NCBI GenBank assembly: GCA_965648775.1
Contig: CBFGIH010000001.1
Span: 6,405-32,788 of the forward strand
Length of the DNA: 26,384 bases
From: a candidate division WOR-3 bacterium
GTDB taxonomy: Bacteria; Hydrothermota; Tepidihabitantia; SM23-42; JAOAFX01
Direction: 5' to 3'
The notes under the pieces were generated by a model. It saw only the letters and a list, made by a program, of their open reading frames with translations, searched no databases and was not told the origin of the DNA. A program made the position numbers and the translations under genes. Positions within the stretch are counted from its first letter, which is position 1. Each line of letters starts with the position of its first letter. Positions 1 to 7,510 of this stretch are shown here, in pieces.

Positions 1-1
1 T

Positions 2-379
2 TTCATGAATCAAAAAACCACGCAGCTGCGGTCCAAGCTCCGGGAACGGGCGCGCATGGAGATTGAACTCAATAAAAAATATTCCCTGGCCATCGCCGGC
101 CTGGTCTTTCTGATCATGGGTGCTCCGCTCGGCTATGTCTTCCGCCGCGGCGGCAGCGCGGGCATCGTCGTCGGCGTGTTCTTGTTTTCTTTGTATTATA
201 TCCTCGTGCTGTCCGGCGAGGAATTTGCGGACCGGCGGGGCTTTTCGCCCTTCTGGGCGATGTGGCTGCCCAATCTCATCCTGCTCATCCCTGGATTTTT
301 CATGTTCATCATGGCCGAGTATGACCGCTGGCCGGTAAGACAAAAAATGGCCCGCTTCCTTTTTCCGCCGCGTTCATGA
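2..379 (+). CDS. lptF: LPS export ABC transporter permease, LptF/LptG (YjgP/YjgQ) family, 5'-truncated by window edge
   Basis: C-terminal LptF/G motifs EIELNKKYSLAIAGLVFLIMGAPLG and FWAMWLPNLI with three TM helices. The frame is open to the window edge, and the stop overlaps the next lptG-like gene (ATGA). Confidence 0.8.
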   Translation, partial: FMNQKTTQLRSKLRERARMEIELNKKYSLAIAGLVFLIMGAPLGYVFRRGGSAGIVVGVFLFSLYYILVLSGEEFADRRGFSPFWAMWLPNLILLIPGFFMFIMAEYDRWPVRQKMARFLFPPRS

Positions 380-1455
380 TCCTTATTGAACGCTACGTCC
401 TGAAAAATTATATCCGCTATCAATTGGTGGCGCTGGCGATTCTCGTGTTCATTTACATCATCATCAACCTCTTTGATAACCTCGGCCGGTATCTGGCTCG
501 CAATATTTCCGCCCAGGATATTGCCTTGTTGTATCTCTACCAGATTCCCTGGTACGCGGTCCTTTTGCTGCCCGTGGCCGCTATCATCGGTGTTTTCTTC
601 ATTTTTGGTTTCATGACCAAGAATCGAGAATTGATTGCTCTCAAAACCAGCGGGCTGAATGTTTACCGGCTGGTCCGGTTGATTATCCTGGTAGGTGTCG
701 CCACCACTTTTTTTTCTTTCGGGTTCCACGAAACAATCGGCATCTGGGCTCAAAACCGATTATATGAACACCGGGTTAAAAAGATTGATAAAAGACCTCT
801 GCCCACCAATGAACTCCGGCGCAACATCTTCTATTACGGACTCGGCAATTGGCTCTATTATATCCGCGAATTCGATCCCACCGACAACCAGATGAGGGGC
901 GTTACCTTATGGCAGATCGCGCCGGATCAAAGCATCCGCTGCCGAATTGATGCGGAAACCGGCAGGTATTCCCAAGGGTGGATTTTTTACCAGGCCAAGG
1001 TCAGAAATTTTGATTCCCTGGGTAATGAAACGGTGATGGACGGCCAGGTGGTCAATATGCCGGAACTCAAGGAACAACCGCGGGATTTTTTAAAACGCCT
1101 GAAACCGGTGGAAGAGATGAATTTTCTCGAGATCGAACGTTTTGTCCGGCAGCGGTCCCGGGCAGGCGAAAATGTCAACCGCGAAAAAGCCGAACTTCAC
1201 TACCGTTTTTCCCGTCCGTTCATCACCATGATCCTCCTGATCATCTGTCTGCCCCTGTCCCTGGTCCTGAAAAAAGGAGGCATTGCCATTGGACTCAGCA
1301 TCAGTTTTTTACTCGCCTTCTCTTACTGGGGATTGATTCAATCCTGCCTGGCTTACGGAATTGCCGGCGCGATTAATCCTGTTTTAGCCGCCTGGCTGCC
1401 CAACATCATCTTCGGGACCATCGCCTGTTTCACGGCCTGGCGAATACCGCGTTAA
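376..1455 (+). CDS. lptG: LPS export ABC transporter permease LptG (YjgP/YjgQ family)
   Basis: 359 aa with 3 TM, a periplasmic beta-jellyroll region and 3 TM. Motifs: IERYVLKNY, RELIALKTSG, ELHYRFSRPF, LAAWLPNIIF. Confidence 0.87.
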   Translation: MILIERYVLKNYIRYQLVALAILVFIYIIINLFDNLGRYLARNISAQDIALLYLYQIPWYAVLLLPVAAIIGVFFIFGFMTKNRELIALKTSGLNVYRLVRLIILVGVATTFFSFGFHETIGIWAQNRLYEHRVKKIDKRPLPTNELRRNIFYYGLGNWLYYIREFDPTDNQMRGVTLWQIAPDQSIRCRIDAETGRYSQGWIFYQAKVRNFDSLGNETVMDGQVVNMPELKEQPRDFLKRLKPVEEMNFLEIERFVRQRSRAGENVNREKAELHYRFSRPFITMILLIICLPLSLVLKKGGIAIGLSISFLLAFSYWGLIQSCLAYGIAGAINPVLAAWLPNIIFGTIACFTAWRIPR

Positions 1456-1524
1456 CCAACCGTCACTCAGCGGCGCTAAAAAAAAATAGACAAAACCGCC
1501 GCGCTATCGACCATTTGTGCCTTA

Positions 1525-1552
1525 TTGACTTTCCCATAAAAATCAGTACAAT
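1525..1552 (+). promoter_or_regulatory. sigma70-type promoter of tRNA-Gln
   Basis: TTGACT (1525-1530) - 16 bp - TACAAT (1547-1552), upstream of the tRNA in AT-rich DNA. Confidence 0.7.
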
Positions 1553-1589
1553 CGTCCATTGTTTAATCTTTAGGTTTTAAAAATTTTCT

Positions 1590-1661
1590 TGGGGGATCGT
1601 CTAATGGCTAGGACGATTGGCTCTGGACCAATTGATCGGGGTTCGAATCCCTGTCCCCCAG
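1590..1661 (+). tRNA. tRNA-Gln(CTG), CCA not encoded
   Basis: Acceptor stem TGGGGGA/TCCCCCA with U1-A72, D arm TCGTCTAATGGCTAGGACG, anticodon stem ATTGG/CCAAT with loop CTCTGGA (anticodon CTG 1623-1625), T loop GTTCGAATC, discriminator G1661. Confidence 0.97.
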
Positions 1662-1736
1662 TATTTTTTTATTTTTAAGAAAAATAATTGTAAATATTGA
1701 AAAACCCGCGATGATCTTGGTAACCAGACCGCTGAT

Positions 1737-2789
1737 TCACCGAATTTTTACAATCTTCACGGTTACATCCGTCCCTGCGTCGCTTAAGCGGGCGAAATAT
1801 ACGCCCCCGGATACGGAGCATCCTTTTTCGTCTGTCCCGTCCCAGAATACAGAATTGATAATACCTGAACTACGGAAAGACATGTCCTTCACCAGGCAGC
1901 CCGTTGCGGTATAGATCCGCACGCGCAAGGTCTCGATCAAGCATCCTGAATCATGGAGCGTGAATCGTATAGCGTTAGCAAACGGATTGGGCGCAGCGGT
2001 CATGGCTCGCGGCCATCCCGCATCATGATCTTTGATCCCGATATCCTGCTCAATCATGCCGTAAATATCATAGTCGGACAGGTTTTCTGACCAAAAACAT
2101 GATCGGTATCCGAGCCCGGCCGCGGCTGCCGGGTGTCCCCGAAGATGAAAGACGCTGTCAGAAATAACCATGGGGCCGGTGATCGGCTTACCGGCCTGAT
2201 CCAGGAACATGCCCCGGATCTGTCCTGGTCCGTTTTCCCAAACCAGAAAATAATTCTCGCCGTCAAAGACAAGGTCGGGATTGTTTTCCGCTACCAGCTC
2301 CTGAACCAGAATCATGGGCGTGTCGATCGGCATCCCGCCGCGAAGCAACCGGCCGAAAATATCCAGGGTACCGGTTGCGCCGAAATCCGGCCAGACGACG
2401 AGATAATCAGTGCCGTCGAAGGCCGCGGCTGGTCGCGCCGCGGCAGCGCTGATGGCGGCGATCCGCATGACCGTATCCTGCGGTAAGGCCTGATCGTCCA
2501 CAAATCGACCGCAGACCGCATCGAATTCGCGCGACCAGAGAATCAGCGTCTGGCCCGAGCCGCGCACCGCTACCGGATAATTATTGCCCTGGTCAATCGT
2601 ATAACCGGTGTCCATGACAATTCCCTGGGGCGATACGCGGGACGCAACCACGCCTTTATTTTCCCGCGCGTCCCAAAAAGAAACAATGTAATCTGCGCTG
2701 TTGAAAATCACGGATGGAATATTCTGACCGCCCTCGGCATTGCAGATGAAAACGGTATCCAGAATCGTCAATTGGGGCGTGACCCGCAC
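1737..2789 (-). CDS. C-terminal segment of a secreted repeat (beta-propeller-like) protein with a T9SS type A/FlgD-Ig C-terminal domain; probably translated in frame with 2811..3116 through a recoded TGA
   Basis: Repeats such as FDGTDYLVVWPD..DIFGRLL and FDGENYFLVWE. The C-terminus reads PNPF..VRIYTATGCLVK..VFWDGTDEKG..GGVYFARL..VKIVKIR. It has no signal peptide or usable RBS of its own and shares the frame of the upstream ORF. Confidence 0.8.
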   Translation of the reverse strand: MRVTPQLTILDTVFICNAEGGQNIPSVIFNSADYIVSFWDARENKGVVASRVSPQGIVMDTGYTIDQGNNYPVAVRGSGQTLILWSREFDAVCGRFVDDQALPQDTVMRIAAISAAAARPAAAFDGTDYLVVWPDFGATGTLDIFGRLLRGGMPIDTPMILVQELVAENNPDLVFDGENYFLVWENGPGQIRGMFLDQAGKPITGPMVISDSVFHLRGHPAAAAGLGYRSCFWSENLSDYDIYGMIEQDIGIKDHDAGWPRAMTAAPNPFANAIRFTLHDSGCLIETLRVRIYTATGCLVKDMSFRSSGIINSVFWDGTDEKGCSVSGGVYFARLSDAGTDVTVKIVKIR

Positions 2790-2795
2790 TCCCCA
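2773..2795 (-). promoter_or_regulatory. candidate bacterial SECIS-like hairpin downstream of in-frame TGA
   Basis: On the minus strand, TGGGG-A-GTG-CGGGT-CAC-G-CCCCA spans +16 to +38 after TGA(2811-2813): 5-bp stem, A.G mismatch, 3-bp stem and a 5-nt loop with G at position 2. Confidence 0.55.
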
Positions 2796-2810
2796 GATAT
2801 CAGCATTACT

Positions 2811-3116
2811 TCAACAGCTGTCCTGGATTGCCACCAGAAAATTAACACCATCAAACGCCGCATCGACCCATTCGCCGCGGTCACGAAGAATTTCCCGGCC
2901 TTCGGGATCGATAACCGTACCGTCATTCGCAATCCGGGCGGCAAAAACTGAGCGATCAGGAGGGTAATATCTGAGATCCAACCAGAAAACATAAAAAGTG
3001 TCATTATGGCTGATTACCGAAGGATAAAGTTGATCATTGAATGCTTCGGAAACAGGGAAGGAACTTCCCAGGAAAAGCAGCCACCATAAAGTCGGCATAA
3101 AATCAGGGATTAGCAT
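2811..3116 (-). CDS. N-terminal segment (signal peptide plus first repeats) of the same secreted protein; ends ...IQDSC-TGA (possible Sec codon)
   Basis: Hydrophobic N-terminus (MPTLWWLLFLGSS; alternative ATG at 3098) followed by the same repeat type (NDQLYPSV..FYVFWLDLR..SVFAARI..G.VID; FDGVNFLV). Confidence 0.75.
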   Translation of the reverse strand: MLIPDFMPTLWWLLFLGSSFPVSEAFNDQLYPSVISHNDTFYVFWLDLRYYPPDRSVFAARIANDGTVIDPEGREILRDRGEWVDAAFDGVNFLVAIQDSC

Positions 3117-3189
3117 TCAGGGATTAGGATTAAGCAATACTCACGAATTAATGCCTAATATTAATTTCTCTTTCCTGATCCCGCTCAAA

Positions 3190-3271
3190 TGCCGGGGGCG
3201 GGATTTGAACCCGCATGCCCGAAGGCCTACGCCCCTCAAACGTATGTGTCTGCCAATTCCACCACCCCGGC
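3190..3271 (-). tRNA. tRNA-Leu(GAG), long variable arm, CCA not encoded
   Basis: Reverse complement reads GCCGGGGTGGTGGAATTGGCAGACACATACGTTTGAGGGGCGTAGGCCTTCGGGCATGCGGGTTCAAATCCCGCCCCCGGCA. Anticodon loop TTGAGGG, class II variable arm, discriminator A. Confidence 0.97.
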
Positions 3272-3280
3272 AGGTTGATA

Positions 3281-3309
3281 AATATACTATAAAATCAACC
3301 GCTTGTCAA
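3281..3309 (-). promoter_or_regulatory. sigma70-type promoter of tRNA-Leu
   Basis: TTGACA - 17 bp - TATATT on the minus strand, ending 9 nt before the tRNA 5' end. Confidence 0.7.
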
Positions 3310-3384
3310 TTATCATCCCGGGCGGGAAAGACGGATAAATGGGTTTTAATGATTGCCCGTCGGTTTTAAATGATTTTTTGTTCC

Positions 3385-3412
3385 TTGAATTGAAGCCGAT
3401 TCCGGCTATAAT
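3385..3412 (+). promoter_or_regulatory. sigma70-type promoter of the DUF512-der operon (likely leaderless)
   Basis: TTGAAT - 16 bp - TATAAT - 5 nt - ATG(3418); no SD. Confidence 0.65.
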
Positions 3413-3417
3413 TTTCC

Positions 3418-4647
3418 ATGCCGGTCATTCTTGATTCGAATAACCGCCAAATTCCGGTCGGCGCCGAACTTATCGCTCTCAATGGACATCGAATCGACGA
3501 TTTCCTGGATTTTCGTTTTTATCATGAACCGGGCCAGGACCGCCGGGTCACCATCCGACACCATGGCCGGCGCCGACAAATATTGATTCGGGCGATGACG
3601 CCCTTAAACCTCACGCTGTCGGATCCGGTCTATCGTCGTTGTCAGAATGACTGCGCTTTCTGTTTTGTCAATGGCCTGCCCGGCGGACTCCGGCCCGAAC
3701 TTTATTATCGGGATGATGACTATCGGTTGTCTTTCCTGTTCGGTAATTTTTTGAGTTTAACCAATCTGACCGGAAAAGATATTTGTCGAATCGCCCGGCT
3801 CCGGCTTTCCCCCCTTTATGTCTCGGTCCACGCCACGGTCCCGGCAGTGCGCCGGCGGCTTTTTCAAAACAAACGGGCAGGATTAATCATGGAACAGTTA
3901 AAAAACCTGATTCGGTGCGGTATTGCGATCCACGCACAGGTGGTAGTTTTGCCGGGCATCAATGATGCCGCGGTATTGAACCGGACAATCAAGGATTTAA
4001 CCGCTCTTTACCCGGGCGTCGCTTCCATCGGCGTCGTGCCCGTTGGCGTTTCCCGCTTTTTGAAAGGAATCAAACCGATGTCGCGCCGCGCCGCGGCTGC
4101 AGTCTTGACCGCGGTCCAGCGGTTTCATGTTTTCTGCCGGCGAAAGTTCGGCCACGGATTAGTGTATGCAGCGGACGAATTTTATCTTAAATCCGGCACG
4201 GCCATTCCCGCCGCCGGTTATTATGACGATTTTCCCCAGCAAGAAAATGGTATTGGCATGGTTCGACGATTTATGGACGAAACGGCTCAGCCGAAATTGC
4301 GGCCGCCGCGTGCCGGACGGTTCCTGTTTCTCACCGGCGAACTTGCTTATCCCTGCCTGCGGCGCCTGGCCCGGATCCTGAGCAGCCGTGCCGGAAATAG
4401 TAAAATAAAAATTAAAGTCGAGCCCGTGCGCAACCGTTTTTTCGGTCCCGGGGTGAATGTCGCCGGCCTTTTGACCGGTCAGGACCTTGAAAAACACATC
4501 TCCCGAAATGGCCGGAAATTCGACCGCATCGTTCTACCGCCCACCTGCGTGAATGAAAAAAGGCGCTTTCTCGATAACTGGACCATTGACGACCGCCGGG
4601 TCATCGTTGCGCCCCCCACCCTCAAGGAATTAATGCGATGCCTGTAA
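3418..4647 (+). CDS. DUF512-domain radical-SAM-like Fe-S protein with N-terminal PDZ-like region
   Basis: CQNDCAFCFV (CxxxCxxC), LYYRDDDYRLSFLFGNFLSLTN, SVHAT, GINDAA, QQENGIGM, VNVAGLLTGQD; located directly upstream of der. Confidence 0.85.
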   Translation: MPVILDSNNRQIPVGAELIALNGHRIDDFLDFRFYHEPGQDRRVTIRHHGRRRQILIRAMTPLNLTLSDPVYRRCQNDCAFCFVNGLPGGLRPELYYRDDDYRLSFLFGNFLSLTNLTGKDICRIARLRLSPLYVSVHATVPAVRRRLFQNKRAGLIMEQLKNLIRCGIAIHAQVVVLPGINDAAVLNRTIKDLTALYPGVASIGVVPVGVSRFLKGIKPMSRRAAAAVLTAVQRFHVFCRRKFGHGLVYAADEFYLKSGTAIPAAGYYDDFPQQENGIGMVRRFMDETAQPKLRPPRAGRFLFLTGELAYPCLRRLARILSSRAGNSKIKIKVEPVRNRFFGPGVNVAGLLTGQDLEKHISRNGRKFDRIVLPPTCVNEKRRFLDNWTIDDRRVIVAPPTLKELMRCL

Positions 4648-5912
4648 TCGCCATTGTCGGCCGTAAGAATGTCGGAAAATCCACCATCTTCAACCGGCTC
4701 GTCGGCATGAAACGCTCCATTGTTTATCACGAACCGGGTGTTACGCGGGATCGGGTTTATGGGGAAATTCTCTGGCGGGGCCGAACTTTCACCGTGATCG
4801 ACACCGGCGGCTTTTTTCCCGAAGAAGAAATCACCCTGGCCGCTAAAATCATGAACCAGATCGAAATGGCGTTGCAGGAAGCAGATCTGATTTTTTTTGT
4901 CGTCGATAACCGTCAGGGCCTCACCGCGATGGATGATGAAATCGCCCGGCGCCTGCGCGTTCTCGGTAAACCGATCTTCCTGATCGTCAACAAAGTTGAC
5001 ACCAGCCGCGAGGAAACCAAAATGTGGGATTTCAGCCGGCTCGGTCTGGAACAAATCTTTCCGGTATCTGCCGAAGCCGGGCTGGGCTTTGGAGAAATCC
5101 TGGACGCCGCGGCCTTGCTCCTGCCCAAACCTTCACCGCTCCGGCGGGACAAGCGAATCAGAGTTCTGATTCTGGGACGACCCAATGCCGGCAAGTCCAC
5201 CCTGCTCAACACCATCATTCGTCAGGAACGAGCGATTGTCGACGAGCATCCCGGCACGACCCGGGATCCGGTGAATGCGCGCTTTGATTTCCGCGGTCAG
5301 GTCCTGGAGTTAATCGACACCTGCGGTTTCAAAAAACGATCCCGTCTCCAGGAACCGGTCGAATTCTATTCGGCCATGCGGGCCATCCGGTTCATTGACG
5401 AGACGGATATCGCAATCTTGCTGTTTGACATTACCCAGGGGGTGGTCGGCGAGGATCGCCGCATTTCCTCCCTGCTTTTGGCCAAAGCCCGGAGCATTAT
5501 CATTGCTCCCAACAAGATTGACCTGATTTCCAGAAAAGATGTGTCCCGGGTAATTCACGCCGCCCGTCAATCTTTCAACTATCTTGAATTCGCGCCGGTC
5601 ATCCCGATTTCGGCCCGATCCCGGCTCAATATCGAAATGCTATTGAATACGATCCTGGACGTTCACGCCGAAGGCGGAAAAACCGCGGACAAAAAAGTCC
5701 TGCGCGGTTTGACTGAGGGGTTAAAACCACCGGCCAATGGCGAAGTGGTGAAAATGGTCCAGACCGCAACGCGGCCGCCGGTTTTCCGCCTGACCGCGAC
5801 CCGGCCGCTCAAGGAAAATTACCTGCGGTATGTACGGCATGAAATCCGGCGTTATTTCGGTTTCCAGGGCGTGCCCGTGCTGTTGAAAACCACGGTGCTC
5901 AGGAAATCATGA
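4638..5912 (+). CDS. der: ribosome biogenesis GTPase Der (EngA)
   Basis: Two tandem G domains (GRKNVGKST/DTGG/NKVD and GRPNAGKST/DTCG/NKID), PGVTRDR and PGTTRDP switch motifs, C-terminal KH-like domain (RPPVF..YLRY..FGFQGVP). Confidence 0.96.
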   Translation: MPVIAIVGRKNVGKSTIFNRLVGMKRSIVYHEPGVTRDRVYGEILWRGRTFTVIDTGGFFPEEEITLAAKIMNQIEMALQEADLIFFVVDNRQGLTAMDDEIARRLRVLGKPIFLIVNKVDTSREETKMWDFSRLGLEQIFPVSAEAGLGFGEILDAAALLLPKPSPLRRDKRIRVLILGRPNAGKSTLLNTIIRQERAIVDEHPGTTRDPVNARFDFRGQVLELIDTCGFKKRSRLQEPVEFYSAMRAIRFIDETDIAILLFDITQGVVGEDRRISSLLLAKARSIIIAPNKIDLISRKDVSRVIHAARQSFNYLEFAPVIPISARSRLNIEMLLNTILDVHAEGGKTADKKVLRGLTEGLKPPANGEVVKMVQTATRPPVFRLTATRPLKENYLRYVRHEIRRYFGFQGVPVLLKTTVLRKS

Positions 5913-6505
5913 AGCTCTATCTTTTTTCATTTTTTTTCGGGGCGGCCTGCGGTATGATCCCTTTTTCTTTTTTGCTGGGCCTTGTCCGCGGGGTCGATAT
6001 CCGTCAGGTGGGCAGCGGCAATATTGGCGCGACCAATCTCTCCCGTCATCTGGGCCCGGTATATTTTTTGGCCGGTTTCCTGCTGGATGGACTGAAAGGA
6101 CTGATACCCGTACTCCTTTGCCGGCATTGGGGATGGTCATCAACCCTGGCGGGCAGCGCGGCGATTCTGGGGCATGTCTTCAATCCGTTTTTTCATTTTC
6201 GGGGCGGCAAAGGCGTGTCCACTATGATCGGGGCCACCCTCGGGCTGATGCCTAAATCCTTTCTGTGCGGATTGGCGGCCTGGTTGATCATGTACCTTGG
6301 CACATTGATTGTTTCCTGCGCTTCCCTGGCGCTGGCGGTGACCCTGCCGGTGGCTGCGTTCCTCCTGCGCGACGGGACGCTGCTCGACCGGATCTTCATT
6401 GTTCTGCTCGGCCTGCTGGTCATCGCCAGCCACCGCTCGAATATCCGCCGCCTGCTTAGGAAAGAAGAACCAAAGACCGTGCTCTGGAGGAAAAAAGGAG
6501 CATGA
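5909..6505 (+). CDS. plsY: glycerol-3-phosphate acyltransferase PlsY
   Basis: DIRQVGSGNIGATN, LLDGLKG, LGHVFNPF..FRGGKGVST, HRSNIRRL..EE motifs; multi-TM. Confidence 0.96.
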   Translation: MKLYLFSFFFGAACGMIPFSFLLGLVRGVDIRQVGSGNIGATNLSRHLGPVYFLAGFLLDGLKGLIPVLLCRHWGWSSTLAGSAAILGHVFNPFFHFRGGKGVSTMIGATLGLMPKSFLCGLAAWLIMYLGTLIVSCASLALAVTLPVAAFLLRDGTLLDRIFIVLLGLLVIASHRSNIRRLLRKEEPKTVLWRKKGA

Positions 6506-6506
6506 T

Positions 6507-7493
6507 ATGAAGATCGCTGTTCTGGGATGCGGAAACTGGGGATCGGTTTTCGCTGTCATCCAGTCCCGCAATGGTCACCAGGTCCGGGTCTGGGAATTCA
6601 ACTGCCGCCGGGCTCGGCTGGTTCAGAAAACCCGCGACAACCGACCGTTTCTTACCGGCTACCGGCTGCCGGTGGCGATCACGATCAGCCCTGATCTGCG
6701 CTTGGTGCTGAGCGGCGCGGAACTCACGGTTTTTGCCGTACCCTGCCAGGTCCTGCCGGGCGTCGTCGCCGCCGTTCGAAAAACCGGTTTGCCCGTATCC
6801 CTGGCCTTGAGTCTGATCAAAGGCATCGATATCAAATCGTTGCGCCTGCCGTCTTCGGTCATTTTTCAGGGACTCGCGGACCGACCTGACATCTGCGTGC
6901 TTTCTGGGCCGTCGATCGCCAATGAAATCATCCGCGGCGAACCTACGGCGGTAATCCTGGTGGGACCGAAAAAACCAGCGCAGCAACTGCAGCAGGCATT
7001 GGCTACCAGGAACTTGAGAATTTATCTGGGCCGGGATACGGTCGGCGTCGAACTGGCCGGCGCGGCAAAAAACGTGATCGCCATCGCCGCCGGTATCTGT
7101 GAAGGCCTCGGTTTTGGCACCAATATCCGGGGCGCGCTGATTGCCCGCGGCCTGGTGGAATTGCAGCGTTTGGGCATCTGCCTCGGTGCCCGGCCGGAAA
7201 CATTCTGGGGCTTAGCCGGGGTCGGCGATCTAATCACCACTGCCTTCAGTGAAGAATCTCGGAACCACCGGGCAGGCCGTTTCTTCGCAAGGGGCTTGAC
7301 AATCGGTGAAATTCGGAGGAAAATGGTAATGGTCGCTGAAGGCATCCCGACCGCACGGGCGCTTCATGATCTGGCCGGTCGGCACGGTGTGGAAATGCCC
7401 ATTTGTGAAACTGTTTACCGGATTATCTATCAGCGGCTGCCGGTTCGGAAAGGTCTGCACGATCTGATGAACCGGCCCCTCAAGGACGAATAA
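6507..7493 (+). CDS. gpsA: NAD(P)H-dependent glycerol-3-phosphate dehydrogenase
   Basis: MKIAVLGCGNWG Rossmann motif, LSGPSIA, GVELAGAAKNVIAIAAG, GLAGVGDLITT, SRN, VAEG. Start placed at ATG 6507 after SD AAGGAG. Confidence 0.96.
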   Translation: MKIAVLGCGNWGSVFAVIQSRNGHQVRVWEFNCRRARLVQKTRDNRPFLTGYRLPVAITISPDLRLVLSGAELTVFAVPCQVLPGVVAAVRKTGLPVSLALSLIKGIDIKSLRLPSSVIFQGLADRPDICVLSGPSIANEIIRGEPTAVILVGPKKPAQQLQQALATRNLRIYLGRDTVGVELAGAAKNVIAIAAGICEGLGFGTNIRGALIARGLVELQRLGICLGARPETFWGLAGVGDLITTAFSEESRNHRAGRFFARGLTIGEIRRKMVMVAEGIPTARALHDLAGRHGVEMPICETVYRIIYQRLPVRKGLHDLMNRPLKDE

Positions 7494-7510
7494 ACGAGTA
7501 AGGAGGGCCT

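Noticed and set aside
2811-2813. Genome-wide TGA reassignment (Trp or Gly; codes 4/25) as the explanation of the in-frame TGA
   Set aside because: TGA terminates lptF, der, plsY, the MerR-like gene, the TPR gene and others at expected family ends, often in ATGA/GTGA overlaps, and no other gene here is interrupted.
1590-3271. tRNA-targeted integrative element or prophage
   Set aside because: No integrase, no duplicated tRNA 3' end and no phage genes; only one gene lies between the tRNAs.
3190-3271. Long-variable-arm tRNA as possible tRNA-Sec
   Set aside because: The anticodon is GAG with a normal 7-bp acceptor stem and discriminator A, so it is tRNA-Leu. No selA, selB, selC or selD is in this window.
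3037-3369. 110-aa plus-strand ORF
   Set aside because: Antisense translation of tRNA-Leu and its promoter; no protein features.
4638-5912. Der motif variants (GRKNVGKS, DTCG) as a sign of inactivation
   Set aside because: The P-loop Lys/Ser and the G3/G4 cores are intact in both domains; ordinary divergence.
6399-6506. N-terminal extension of the gpsA ORF
   Set aside because: It overlaps plsY. The family N-terminus MKIAVLG begins at ATG 6507 after a good SD.
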